A model generated the notes under the pieces. That model was not told where the DNA came from. It worked only from the letters and a program-made list of their open reading frames with translations, and did not search any database. DNA of 64,000 bases from Octopus sinensis (taxonomy: Eukaryota), in NCBI RefSeq assembly GCF_006345805.1, contig NC_043003.1, positions 78,864,001 through 78,928,000 on the forward strand. Reading direction: 5' to 3'. Position numbers and translations under genes: made by a program. Of this stretch, positions 1 to 16,170 are shown piece by piece; within the stretch, counting starts at the first letter, position 1; each line of letters starts with the position of its first letter.

Positions 1-589
1 GCCACTCCTGCGCCTATGAAACGCATATTAAATTTATCATGTGATGCACTCATATAATGCAGCATGTAATGCACTTCTGTATTGCACCTATATAATTCGT
101 CTTATAATGAACATTAAAATGCATCCTGGATAGGAAGGATAATAATTATAATAGAAAACATGCATACACACACACACACACGCACGCACAGAGAGAAAAA
201 AATCAATGGAAAAGAGAGACAAAGAGCGTCTACAACACCAGCAACGGCTACAACAACTACAACAATAACAACAACTAGAATAAGAACAACTACAACAGCA
301 ACACAAACAGAACAACGATAAGACAGTGTAACTCTCAACAGCTCAAAACGACGGCAGCAACAGCAGCGTGCCAGGTGTTAGGCTAAACTAGAGTCTATCA
401 TAATACTTTTTTTCTAATTTGTTGGTTTTTGTTATTGTCCGAACATTTTGCTTTCTCTCTCTCATCGGACACGTGTATTGGCGCAGAGACTTGCTGGTGT
501 GTTCACAGTGTGTTGTTTCCATGTGTTGTTTCATCACAATAGAAATCTGGCCGATACTTGTACGTAATGCTTGCTTAGCTGTTGCTCGT

Positions 590-893
590 AAGAGTGTTAC
601 CTGGTAGCAAGTATCACACTTTCGCTAATTAATTTTCTGCGCTTATGTAGTTGCGGGTAGACAAAGCCATCTTTTCGGCCGGGTAGACAAAGCCATCTTT
701 TCGGCCAACCTCGTTTTTTATCCAGTGGAACATCAAGAGTGTAACAATTAGCTGGTGTTCATTTTCAGCTGTTTGGACTGGAGCAATGAGAAATTATACT
801 CCTTGAGAAAGGACACAACACGCTACCCGGCTCGGGACTCGAACCCATAACCTTATGTTCGTGACATTTTAGTTATTTACCCACGCACCTTCA
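590..893 (-). mobile_element. Old tRNA-derived SINE (family C-like head); contains 26-bp tandem duplication at 654-705
   Basis: Minus strand reads tgaaggtgcgtgg...gggttcgagtcccgagccggg-gtgttgtgtcc (B-box-like), homologous to family C heads at 22191, 43223 and 58290; cgggtagacaaagccatcttttcggc occurs twice. Confidence 0.7.
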
Positions 894-911
894 CATTATT
901 AGACATTAATA

Positions 912-1050
912 AAAATGTTCGTCCTTCGGGTTCGAAGATGACCACTGACATCATCTGGTGGAACTGCCGCTATGAGACCGGAGGTGGCTGGTAAGGCCAA
1001 TCCGGGCAAGGAAGCCCCTCCCACAGGTGGGGCAGAAGTGTGTAGGGGCC
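912..1050 (-). mobile_element. 5'-truncated RTE-clade LINE 3' end (C2H2 zinc-finger terminus)
   Basis: Minus strand translates THFCPTCGRGFLARIGLTSHLRSH, matching the C-terminal C..C GR.F.ARIGL.SHLR.H motif of RTE-type ORFs; flanked by direct repeats 757-911 and 1051-1204. Confidence 0.75.
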
Positions 1051-1273
1051 GTTCATTTCAGCTGTTTGGACTGGAGCAATGAGAAATTATACTCCTTGAG
1101 AAAGGACACAACACGCTGCCCGGCTCGGGAATCGAACCCATAACCTTATGTTCGTGACATTTTAGTTATTTACCCACGCACCTTCACATTATTAGACATT
1201 AATAGACGGATGTAAACACCTTATTCATATATAAGCTATCTTTGCGGATAATAAAAAAAGACGGTTCAATACC

Positions 1274-1496
1274 TATTTCTTTACTACCCACAAGGGGCTA
1301 AACACAGAGAGGACAGACAAACGGATTAAGTCGATTATATCGACCCCAGAGCGTAACTGGTACTTATTTAATCGAACCCGAAAGGATGAAAGGCAAAGTC
1401 GACCTCGGCGGAATTTGAACTCAGAACGTAGCGGCAGGCGAAATACCGCTAAGCATTTCGCCCGGCGTGCTAACGCTTCTGTCAGCTCGTCGCCTT
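1274..1496 (-). mobile_element. SINE family B (B1 tail), full length, 16-bp TSD
   Basis: Head aaggcgacgagctgacagaagcgttagc, body gcctttcatccttt-cgggttcgat, tail ccccttgtgggtagtaaagaaata; TSD aagacggttcaatacc at 1258-1273 and 1497-1512. Confidence 0.9.
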
Positions 1497-1744
1497 AAGA
1501 CGGTTCAATACCGGGTTTCATTAGGTTGCCGAAGACCCGTTTGGATTGTTCACGGTGACTGTGACAGTAACAATGCTTATAAACCTAGTTTTCCTCAGGC
1601 CAAGCAGGCAATGCGTTCCTTTTAGTATTATGCCATTCTTTCGCGACAGTGGAGAGCAAATTGGTGCTTGAGAGGATTGGAAGGTCTTTCGCAGAAAGTA
1701 AAAAGATGAAAAACAACTTTGAAAAAAAAAAAAAAATGAGCATA

Positions 1745-1934
1745 AACGTAGAAGTGGCTGTGTGGTAAGTAGTTTGCTTATGAACCACATGGTTCCGTGT
1801 TCAGTCCCACTGCGTGGCACCTTGGGCTAGTGTTTTCTACTATAGCCTCGGCCGACCAAAGCCTTGTGAGTGGACTTGGTAGACGGAAACTGAAAGAAGC
1901 CTGTCGTATATATGTATGTATATATTATATATAT

Positions 1935-1994
<60 letters not shown>

Positions 1995-2216
1995 CGTGTT
2001 TGTGTGTCTGTGTTTGTCCCCCCCCCAACATCGCTTGACAACCGATGCTGGTGTGTTTACGTCCCCGTAACTTAGCGGTTCGGCAAAAAAGAGACTGATA
2101 AAATAAGTAGTAGGCTTACAAAGAATAAGTCCTGGGGTCGATTTGATCGACTAAAAGGCGGTGCTCCAGCATGGTCACAGTCACATGACTGAAACGAGTA
2201 AAAGAGTAAAAGAGTG
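1745..2216 (+). mobile_element. SINE family A (tRNA head, CORE-like segment, internal TA/TG microsatellite)
   Basis: A-box tggctgtgtggtaag, B-box gttcagtccc, gtggcaccttgggc CORE-like segment, tail (gagtaaaa)n; many near-identical copies in the window. Confidence 0.9.
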
Positions 2217-2800
2217 TAAACCGAAGGTGCGTAAGGAGCATTAAGAGGACATGAGCCCGCCTCCAACTCGGGACGCCGTGACGTTTATGGTTGTTTGAAG
2301 TACCAATAAATCTCTGGTCAAATTACCGGATAGTCTGAAGGAAGACAAAGAGGATGAGGAAATATCCGGCAAGAAAGAAATTGTATTGAATTGAAAAGTC
2401 GTTCAGAACGGTGTGTGAAAATCACACCAAGCTTGCCTGGAGGCTGTAGGTTATTTCTTGTCTCTTCCAATGCAACGGATGCTCACATTTTTTTTTGAAT
2501 GTATCAATTTCCTTTAACAGGAGAAAGAAGTTGCCAGAGTTTTGAGGCACCGTGATCCAACTAAGACAGTAGATTCTCGCCTTTGGGTGGTTTGTCATAT
2601 ATGGACTGACTGAATCGTTTGAGAGTTGGAAAAAATTCCGTGTATTATTTGAGATCAAATCTCGCCGAGGTTAACTACACTTCTCATCCTTTCGGGGCCG
2701 GTAAAGAGAAGTACCAGAAATCATTATTTATGCTTTTATATATATGGGCTCCGTGTGAGCAGTCATCTAAAAGTTTTTGTGCATCTTGATGCTGACATAA

Positions 2801-2901
2801 GTTCCTTGTTTTCCCTGATGAGAAGGCGGCATAATGCACCCCTTATTCCTTCGAAATTAGGAATATGCAGCCTTCGAAACATATGTCGAAAATAAAGGAA
2901 T
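2801..2901 (+). ncRNA. Type I hammerhead ribozyme motif in a Penelope-like repeat fragment
   Basis: CTGATGA 2815-2821; stem II gaaggc/gccttc enclosing further stems; GAAA-C-ATAT-GTC 2876-2887; stem I 2801-2814 pairs with 2888-2901 (11 of 14 pairs). Confidence 0.75.
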
Positions 2902-2940
2902 TTTGTTAATTCGTCGTTCAACTCCATTCTTTCATTTATT

Positions 2941-2986
<46 letters not shown>

Positions 2987-3440
2987 CATTCATATATTTG
3001 TGCATTTGTGCATTTTAACCTACATTTTTAATATGTCTCAATATATTGTATAACGACTTTGCGACACAGGCTTGTTTCATATACTTGTACGTACATCTCT
3101 ACGCGTCCTATAACTCCGCTGTAACATGCTTTCTATGAATAAATGGACTCTCGTGGCAAATGAAGTGAAAAATTATTATTATTATTATTATTATTACGGC
3201 GGCGAGCTGGAAGAATGGTTAGCACGCTGGACAAAATGTTTAGCAGCATACAGTGAAATGGAATTTCATTGTATTCTTGAATAAAGCACTTCATTTCACG
3301 TTACCCTACGATCACCTCGATATCTAACTTGTGATATACCATGCACTTGGCCAATCAACGTCGATTTGGTCCATTATTATTAATTTATTATCACCACCAC
3401 CACCACCACTATTATTAATATTATTATTATTATTATTATT

Positions 3441-3563
3441 CAGTAGTTTTATTTTTATAGCGTGCTTTCACTTCACTACCGAGCGCAGCTCTGTGTGCCT
3501 TGGGTATGTGCTGTGATTTGTTGTGATGCTCTGATGGTTATTGTATGGAAAGTGTTCTGCGTA
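3441..3563 (-). mobile_element. Very short 3' end of R4/Dong-like RLE LINE embedded in (ATT)n/(ATC)n
   Basis: Encodes LRRTLSIQ* plus 3' UTR, nearly identical to 43676-43800; trinucleotide repeats on both sides. Confidence 0.85.
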
Positions 3564-3568
3564 TTATT

Positions 3569-3689
<121 letters not shown>

Positions 3690-3858
3690 GGGCTGCGAGC
3701 TTGGCAGAATCGTTAGCGAGCCGGCCGTCTTTACGTTCTGAGTTCAAATTCCACCGAGGCCGACTTTGCCTTCCAACCATTCACGGTCGATAAATCAAGT
3801 ACCAGTTGAGTTCTGGGATCGAAATAATCGACTTAACCCCTACCCCGACGTTGCTGGC

Positions 3859-3894
<36 letters not shown>

Positions 3895-4045
3895 TACTAC
3901 TACTACTACAACTACTATTATTATTATTATTCCTCCGAGATCGACTTTGCCTTTTATCCTTTCGGGGTCGATAAATTAGGTGCTAGTGAAGCACTTGGGT
4001 CGATGTAATTAACTAGTCCTCTCCCACCAAATCTCAGGCCTTGTA
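3690..4045 (+). mobile_element. Two partial family B SINEs (B2 tail) separated by (TAC)n
   Basis: gcgagcttggcagaatcgttagc head and repeated gactttgccttt..tcctttcggggtcgataaa body. Confidence 0.75.
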
Positions 4046-4085
4046 CCGTTAGTAGAAAGGATTGTTATCATCATCATCGTCGTCG

Positions 4086-4171
<86 letters not shown>

Positions 4172-4739
4172 CGTCATTGTCATCGTCGTCCTCCTCTTTA
4201 CCATCACCACCATCGTCGTTGACATCGTTTTTATCATCGCCACCCCCACCCCCCTAACGAAAAAAAAAAACTTTTCCTTTTTGTTTATCCTCTTCCACAG
4301 CCTTGCTTATACTTGAAATCTGGACTTAGTACAAAACTATATAAAATTTTATCGCCTTACATTGAAAGTTGGATCAGCAAATATATTGATTCTAAAACGA
4401 ATTCCTTGCCGATAAACGAGCAGCAACTATCACAGTATCAGCAGCAGTAACAGCATCACTCGCAACTGCAGGAGGATAAAAGAAAACCACACCCACGAAC
4501 GATGGAAGCCGCTAGCATCTGTGGTAACAATACACCAACGTATCTAACAGTATACTGTTTCGCCATCACAGCTGCCACATCAGCTACGTTTAAAAGCAAG
4601 GTGGATATTAAATGGTAGCTATAGAAACGGCTGCAGCTTCTAAGTACACATACAACTGTTACCCTAATTATACGCGCGCACACATACACAGACGTACACG
4701 CAGACCCATATAACGTGTGTGTATGTGTGTGTGTGTGCA

Positions 4740-8241
<3,502 letters not shown>

Positions 8242-8256
8242 TATATATATATACAA

Positions 8257-8309
<53 letters not shown>

Positions 8310-9090
8310 AATATATATATATATGCATATATATATACACACATACACGCACGCACACACACACACACACACATACACACACACACACACATATATATAT
8401 ATAAGCTACTTGATAAACTCCTATATAGACTTTATCCTTAATTTTAATTGATATATATATGTTTATATATATACACACATACAGACACACACACACACAT
8501 TTACATACATACGTACATACATGCACACACACACACACATACACACACACATATATATATGTATACATATATATGCATATATTTTATATATATATGTATA
8601 TATTATATGCGTGTTGCATATAAAAACGCGTGTGTGTGTGTGTGTGTGTATGTGCGTGTGTGTATATATGTATGTATTTATGTATGTATGTTTGTATTAT
8701 GTATGTATGTATGTATGTATGTATGTTGTATGTATGTATGCATGTATATGCGGATATATATTAAATTAGATGAGAAAAAAATGTCTTGTCACATTTCAAA
8801 ATGAAAAAAAAAGTGTTTCTTTGATCTTGGTGTTATATTTGAGAATCCTTAAATAGCAACGCCTTGACATAAAGCTGACACGCCTAAATAGTTACACCTG
8901 ATCACAAAGTCCTACATGCATGAATAAATCCCGAACTATAACATAACAAATTTAATCAATAAAAATTTTCCATAATAACCTGTCCATCACAACCTGTGTT
9001 ACAAGTTAATTATCCTTCACCAGGACTCCACCTACCCAAGAAAATTTTAAATCAAGAGAAAAGTCATAAAAGCAAAAACTAAAATGTAGC

Positions 9091-9135
9091 ACAGTCTGAG
9101 GATGACTAAGCTGACCGAAACTTCGAAGTCACTGT
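9091..9135 (+). ncRNA. Minimal hammerhead ribozyme motif with decayed stem II
   Basis: acagt-CTGAGGA(9096-9102)...GAAA(9117-9120)-CTTCGAA-GTC|actgt; stem I acagt/actgt; palindromic stem III ACTTCGAAGT. Confidence 0.55.
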
Positions 9136-9157
9136 CAGTACTATACTTGTTAAAGAA

Positions 9158-9250
<93 letters not shown>

Positions 9251-9289
9251 GTGTGTGTGTGTGTGTGTCTGTGTGTGTCTGTGTGTTTG

Positions 9290-10160
9290 TGTTACTTTGA
9301 TCAACATTATTTTCTCAAATTATTGTTTACATAATTCCCTCTCCTTAATTCCCCCAGGCGTAAAATTTTTCTGCTTTCGAGGCAAAGAAACACTCAATAT
9401 CATGTTTATAACATCTCAAATAATAAAAAAAGAAAACTATTTCCCTCTAAATAATGTTGCAATGGTCTGAAAAGATAATAGTCAAATGTAGCAAGGTACG
9501 GAGAGCGAAGATGAGAAAAAACTTCCATATTTTGTGCCACAGTCTTTTGCTGGACCTTTATGCAAAGCTTCCAACTGAAAACAATACTTCTCCGCATTAA
9601 CTGTTTCATATCTTATCAAGTACAGAGCATAACTTTTCTGGTTGTAATCCTGGTTTAGGGATGGATTCTTACCTTTTATTGGGTGCTAACCATTGTTGTT
9701 TTCTTTAGATATGATTATAGAGAGCTCACTTTTCTTCTTTGGGGTGATTCTACCCAGGAAAGCTTCGTTGCAAGTCTATTTTTCAATGACAAGTAGAGAT
9801 GAATTCTTTGTTTAAGATGAAAAAGATAATAAAGACCTACTGACCATGCTTAGACACTTTTCTACTCCACGAAGGTGTTTTATAATCAAAGTATAACTTG
9901 AATTGAGCTTGTTTGCAAATTCTCATGCATTTTGCTTTGAATTTTTCTCAACTACGGTTTTCAGAAGCTCAGTATTAACAGAACTTGATCGCCCAGGTTG
10001 AAGAGAATCTGCGAGAGAAAAATTTCCCGAGCGAAACTGATCGAACCACCGTTGGCATGCAAGGCCACTTAAAGCTCCATTTTCATAGACAGATAAAATA
10101 TTTCTTACTGCTTTTATTGCTGAAAAGCCCATTTTGAATTTGTAGAGCATGCATTATTTG
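9290..10160 (-). mobile_element. Degenerate mariner transposase
   Basis: HTH segment MLYKFKMG...CQRWFDQFRSGNFSLADSLQPGRSS; PKPGLQPEKVMLC-like linker; EVFSHLRSPYLATFDYYLFRPLQHYL (YSPDLAPSD-like); DIECFFASKAEKFYAWG; many stops and frameshifts. Confidence 0.9.
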
Positions 10161-10475
10161 ATATGCGTCTGATCTAAACTTATTTTAAAAGGGTAAAATC
10201 GATACAAATTCCATCACTATGGTAGAAGGTAATCTGCAAAGAAAGAAAAGAAAAAATGAGTATTAGAACTTAAAAATTGATACTTATTGAAATTATATTT
10301 GTGTTCTACTCTAACATTTTTTATTAAACAATTTTTCATATTTATTTTTCAGTCCTTTATATTTAGTTTGTCTACAATGTTCTTATATCAACCAACGTTT
10401 CAAAGATTTCTCGGTAGTTGGTAGCAAAAGATTACGAGAACAGTGCTATGACAAATACATACATACATACATACA

Positions 10476-10730
10476 AACCAGGTTTATACCTTTAAAAATA
10501 GGAGCTTTGGGATATGTAACACGCTACCCAAATACCAATCTTGAGAAATTAGGCTTCTCAAAACCAGAAAGGACAAAGCTTATTGGAAGTCTACAGATCC
10601 AACCCATCACTGCAACTGTAAAAATCTGTAAAACTTTCTTGAAGTTTATGATTTGAATATATATGAGCATGTCTAGATATGCAACTATATGCATGAAAAT
10701 ACATACATAAAACATACAAATCTGTACATA
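10476..10730 (+). mobile_element. 3' end of a second RLE-type LINE family embedded in (CATA)n
   Basis: Translates FIPLKIGALGYVTRYPNTNLEKLGFSKPERTKLIGSLQIQPITATVKICKTFLKFMI* (stop 10654-10656), resembling the RLE C-terminal IPI..GALG motif; (CATA)n on both sides. Confidence 0.7.
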
Positions 10731-11064
10731 CATACATACATACATACATACATACATACATACATACATACATACATACATACTACATACATACATACAT
10801 GCATGCATACATACATACATACATGTATACATACATACATACATACATACATACATACATACATACATACATACATACATACATACATACATACATGCAA
10901 ACAAACAAAAATACCCTGTTGTTGACGTTGACATTCCAATGAAGGAGCCTTGGATCTAGGTTACAAATCGGTTCTTTCTCTATTGGCAAGAAATCTTGAA
11001 ATAAACTGAATAATGACATACATATAATAATTAATAACAACAAAAGCAATATTGATACCAAAAA

Positions 11065-11635
11065 GGAATCTTTATCTCTAACTTAACTTAGATGTTGTAT
11101 TAGAACATAGAATACGGCATTATTTACCATGAGAGTATCGCTCATATGGATTCATGGTACATAAAAGCACACGTCATTAAAAGCACAAACGAGAACAGTT
11201 TGCTATGGCTGCCGAAACCCTCAGATCTGATTTAGCGCTGCTACGGGCTCCTTGGTGACAGATGTTTACTAGCGACATAACAGCCGAGTTTCCTGTCAGC
11301 AATATAAAGAATATCAGTGCCTACACAGGCAACGTTATCGCAAATAGCCAGTGGGTTTATTTAAAATAATTAATAGCGAAAAAATCAGCATTTATACCGA
11401 AAGACAATCTTTATTTCAGCTGTTATATCGCTGCTAGATGTCTGTAACTAAGGATTCCAAAACAGAGCGATCTGGCAATTTTGGCAGCCGTAGCAGACAG
11501 TTTTCGTTTGTCGACGATATATATACGTGTGCTTTTATACACCACGAGTCCATATGAGCGATTCTCTCAAGGTAGATAATACAGTATCTTGTGTTCTAAC
11601 ACAACATCCAAGTTAAGCTGGAGATAAAGATTACC
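11065..11635. mobile_element. MITE with ~165-bp imperfect terminal inverted repeats
   Basis: Left ggaatctttatctctaacttaacttagatgttg...gctatggctgcc is mirrored by the right arm (rc ggtaatctttatctccagcttaacttggatgttg...gctacggctgcc); no clear TSD. Confidence 0.85.
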
Positions 11636-13179
11636 ATTTGATAATACATACATATATACATACATACGCAAACACACACGCACAAACACACACGCACGCA
11701 TACACACATTTATTCGGTGTACGCAACTGAAACAACATTAAATCAAAATAGCCATATGTGTACCATGCTTAACGCATAGGCACAATTTAAAAACCTGTGG
11801 TTTTTATCAGTGAAAAATTTCTTCATTGATTGTGTCAAAAATACTATAAATGGGAAAAAGACAAACATTGTTCCACATTTCAGTCTTATTGGTTTAGTCC
11901 GTGACATACACCCAGTCGACACGTACCTAGACGAATTTTCCCCTCCGATATCGAGCGAACAGTGAATGCTACATTTATCGATATTGCATAAAGCTTTCCA
12001 GTTTGAAATAAACTCAATGTGCGCAATTGAAATAGCATTAAATTAAAATAGCAGTCTGTAGACCATACTTGACGTATAACATCAATCAAAGTGACTGCTG
12101 GGACGATGTTTGCCTTGCTCCGATATATATTGTGGTTTTAGTACAAAATGCTTATGAAAAGATTTTCTTTCAGACAAAAAATCACTGCGTTATTCCCTTC
12201 AGGGATTGACTCAGATCATCAAATATTCAGAGTTTTTTGTAGACCATATTTCCTGTATGTGTAAGTATTTAATATTACTACTTGGAGGATTGTGAAGGAG
12301 CAGAAGCAGTGGTTTGTTATCAAACTGTTTATATAGATTGTAGTGGGGATGTATCGAGTATCTTGTATTTATGGAGTGCACCATGACATTTCAACGACTA
12401 ATGCTAACGGTGTGTCGTAGCTGCACAAACAACAGCATCAGTACCATCAACATCTTCAACAGCAATAGCAGCATCAACAATAAATCATCATCATCATCAT
12501 CGTCATCGTCGTCATTGTCGCCGTCGTCATCGTTATCGTCGATATCATCATCATCATCATCACCGCCACCATCATCATCATCATCATCATCATCATCACC
12601 GCCACCATTATCATCATCATTATCATCACCGCCACCATTATCATCATCATCATCATCATCAATCATCATCATCATCATCCAGTCAGGTGACTTGTCCAGA
12701 CCAGTGCAATCTCTTCCACACCAGATGTCGCAATTGAACGATGCAGTGTGAATGTCTGGCCTGGCTGTTAATTACATTGGTCTTTCGCTAGCTGCAGTAC
12801 TTCATTTGCACAGACCACACCTACGGATTATGATAGCTGTAGCTTGCTAACTGAACTGGTTGAGGCAAGCCGTAGACCGTTTGTTGTCTGTTCATCTGCT
12901 CAGAATCGAGTGATATTTGTCATTGGTTCAATTCAATAGGATATATTTGTCAAAATATTTCACATCCACCAAGCTGCATCCCAAGATTTCAACGAGGTTA
13001 CATGCTATCTAACCCCATAAATGGGATCTAAAAAGGTGCTATAACTCGGTGTCAGAGGAGACCTGGAAATAACAGTTACTAAGAGGTGGTTTCACACTTC
13101 CGTGCCTGTAAAGTTTATCGCGAACAGGCAGCGCTCCTCGGTAGCACTGCCAGGCAAGGGATTTCTGGAAGTTATTCAT

Positions 13180-13392
13180 AGGCCCAGGCCCGAAAGTTCT
13201 CCGAAACAGACCGGTTAGTTGATCTTCATCGACGCCCAGAGTTTTCCCGTGAACGTCGTTGCACTTTCCCTACATAAGCCCTCTATAGAACGCTAGAGTA
13301 GAACTAACACCGACCGCATTGCCCGCCTTGCGGAGAGCTGTGAGCGCTTGACAGTACTCGAGGTGCCAAGCGCCCCTCCTCGGTCTACGCCT
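13180..13392 (+). mobile_element. Unclassified dispersed repeat with a decayed ORF (homologous to 27690-27900, minus strand)
   Basis: LIFIDAQSFPVNVVALSLHKPSIER*SRTNTDRIARLAESCERLTVLEVP aligns with the 27.8 kb copy LILVDAQSYSK..ELVALACH.NPAIERQSETSTGRLARQTEDCERLTTL. Confidence 0.6.
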
Positions 13393-13690
13393 ACAATAAT
13401 AATGTAATAGTTTCTATTTCCTCTTCCTAAAGTAATTGTTATATCTTCTGTCTTTTCATTCAATTAATAAGTTGAATGGGTGACTGTTTGTGGATGTGTA
13501 GACGTGCATGAGTGTGTGTGTGCGTGCGTGCGAGCGTGCATGAGTGTGTCTGCAAGAAAGAGAGAGAAAGAGAGGATAGAGAATACTGATAGCACTTCCT
13601 TACCAATTCTCATTGCTCTACATAACGACACTTACACTAATATAGATGCAGACACTAGGTATATAAATACATATGTATATGTTTGTATAA

Positions 13691-13721
<31 letters not shown>

Positions 13722-13744
13722 CCTATATACATACATATATAGTT

Positions 13745-13975
13745 AAGTTAAGTTAATTTTTTGACTCAAAAAGCAAAAAGCAAGGCCATGTAGGGGGACA
13801 TGGAGTTATGTACTGGGAGGGTGTTCATGCAAAGACTTCAGGCCATTTCTGGTCAAGAGAGACTTTGAACCGAGCAGTCGTCGGTATCTTCACTATCTCG
13901 TCCGGCAGCTTATTCCATGGATCCGCAACCCGGACGGAGAAAGCCCCTCTCCTTCGATTGAGATGAAATCGTCGC
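13745..13975 (-). mobile_element. CR1-type LINE 3' end
   Basis: RRGAFSVRVADPWNKLPDEIVKIPTTARFKVSLDQKW matches the CR1/L2 ORF2 C-terminal F(S).RV...WN.LP...V...FK..LD motif; (ttaac)n tail. Confidence 0.8.
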
Positions 13976-14598
13976 AGACACACATACACATATATACACG
14001 TGTACACATACACAACCACACACACACATGAATACCTACACTACTTACACACACCTTATACATATATACTGTCATACATACATACATACATACATACATA
14101 CATACATACATACACATGCTTTCACACGTATACTTAACCAATTTCAATAGAATTATATTTCGGGTTTAAATACCATTTCAACATCCCCAACACACATACA
14201 CACACACATACACACATGCACCCGTACCAACGCATACATACACACGCTTGTGCATGTGTTTATATATGAACGCGCACGCGCGTATGTGTGTATGCTTGTG
14301 TGCACATGCATGTACATATGGTGATACATATGTTTGTATATGCATGTATATGCATGAATGTATATATGTATGTATGTATGAGTCAGTGTGTACGCATTTA
14401 AGAATATATACATGAGAAATCAGAGAGATATTTCCTAATCGAAATATTGCTCTCTACTAATAGCACAAGGCCGGAAATTTACCCAGCGTGCTAATGATTC
14501 TGTCACCTCACCGCCTTACTAAGCGAAATAGTAAGTGAAAAGAGAGACTGGAAGATGGAAATATTTGCAATGACGTAGGTACTTGTCTTCCATCAACA

Positions 14599-15029
14599 TC
14601 TATAAAGCTGAAATGCGAAAAAAAAGTTGTTTGATTTCTTGGCTATTTGTCTCATTTGGGGATGGGAACGGTTTAAGGGGCGGTAGATGGGATCGGATTG
14701 GCGCCAAAAATAGTGTGAGGAGAGTTGCAAGTCGCACGGGGCTACTGTTTGGTTGCCATGGTGAGGAATATGGAAAAAATTGAGCTTTATGTGATAGACA
14801 GGTTGCGCTGTTTGCATAATGGTGGCTTTTCGTGTTGCTGCAGGGGCTAGAGGCGCTTATCTTTAATTGTGGGTGTAACAAATTGGGGGATTTTGGAAAG
14901 GTGGGTAAAGAATATGGCAATAAAAAGAACCAGGCAAAGAAGACGAACAAAAGAAGAAAGGGAAACGGAGACAACACGCACAAAACACCACCACCAAAAC
15001 CCGAGCGAAGCACGGGTCAAAATAGCTAG
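14599..15029 (+). mobile_element. Non-autonomous Helitron (431 bp)
   Basis: A|TCTATAAAGCTGAAATG 5' end; cccgagcgaagcacggg hairpin followed by CTAG|T at 15026-15030. Confidence 0.8.
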
Positions 15030-15354
15030 TCTTATATATTATTAGCTATACAATGGCCAAACAGAAGAGCCTCTACATAGTCACTATAACTCTAGAAATA
15101 GCAGTTAAATATTCCTGAAATCATAATCTATTGAAACAAAAAGAGAAGGATACAGTAGTTTAATCCTAGCAATATATGCGGTCCCATAGCGTACAATCGT
15201 TACTAGTGAAATAATTTCTTCGTAGTATTTGGTGGGATTAGAGATTGGGATTAGAATAAAGGTGTTTTTCCGAAGGGTTTTTGGAATCAGAGAGGCACTC
15301 CAGCTAGAGCCACGTACTTCTCCGAATTGAGAGATCACAGCTTTAATACTATAG

Positions 15355-15610
15355 ACATGTGGGAAGAAGGGAAGAATGTCTCGAGAAGGGATTGCTGAAT
15401 GTTTTTTGGGCAAAACTAACCGGCAGAAGGCCCAGGGGTAGACCACGAGCAAGATGGTTAGATAACATCCATAAGTTCAGTTGGTTTCGCTTGGGGATCC
15501 AGCTGGATCAATTGGAGACGATTGCTTCTGATAGGACCCAATAGAAGGCGTACTTGAGGACTCTGTCCCTAATACCCTCCAAGGATAAGTGGGCGAAGAA
15601 GATGAGATGA
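15355..15610 (+). mobile_element. RTE-clade LINE 3' end (Expander/Rex3-like)
   Basis: TGRRPRGRPRARWLDNIHKFSWFRLGIQLDQLETIASDRTQ; short (gatga)n tail. Confidence 0.8.
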
Positions 15611-15869
15611 TTAAAAGAATAAAGAAAAAGCTGCACAGAATACAATTTTCATTAAGTTTTCATTTCCCTTACTTATTACGAATTTCTTATATAACCGGAG
15701 GAATATTGATTAAACATTTAATTAAGCGAAATATTTCTAATAGATAGAAAATTATTTCTATTGGAAAGAAATTTATGGCTTATTTTTCTTTTATTTTTTC
15801 TTTCATTTCCTTCATCGAGCGTTCGTAGATTAGCAATTCTAACAATACAATGTCTCTTGTCATCGTTGT

Positions 15870-16170
15870 TTCTTCATACATCGCTCTAGTACTTCTCTTT
15901 ACCATCTTTGTCTAGATTTATCAATGTCACTTCGCCATTTGCTCTATTGATGACCAGAGCTTCATTTATAGCTTCTGAAATTCCAGGTGGTTAACATTCC
16001 TGATGATTGGACTGTTGTCTGTTATTCTCGTCAAATGAGCCGCCTAGTTTTACTTCAACTTGTTTATATCTTCAAGAATGTCCGTGATGTCTGCCTGCTT
16101 CCGCAACCATCGCACTGTTCGCCTGTCCCTTCATCTATTGTTTAGCACAGTCATGAGAAACCCTGCGGCC
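15870..16170 (-). mobile_element. Degenerate RTE LINE C-terminal fragment
   Basis: RDRRTVRWLRKQADITDILEDINKLK*N*AAHLTRITDN resembles the RTE RDR.T..WIR.QT.V.DI...IK..KW.WAGH..R.TDN motif. Confidence 0.65.
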
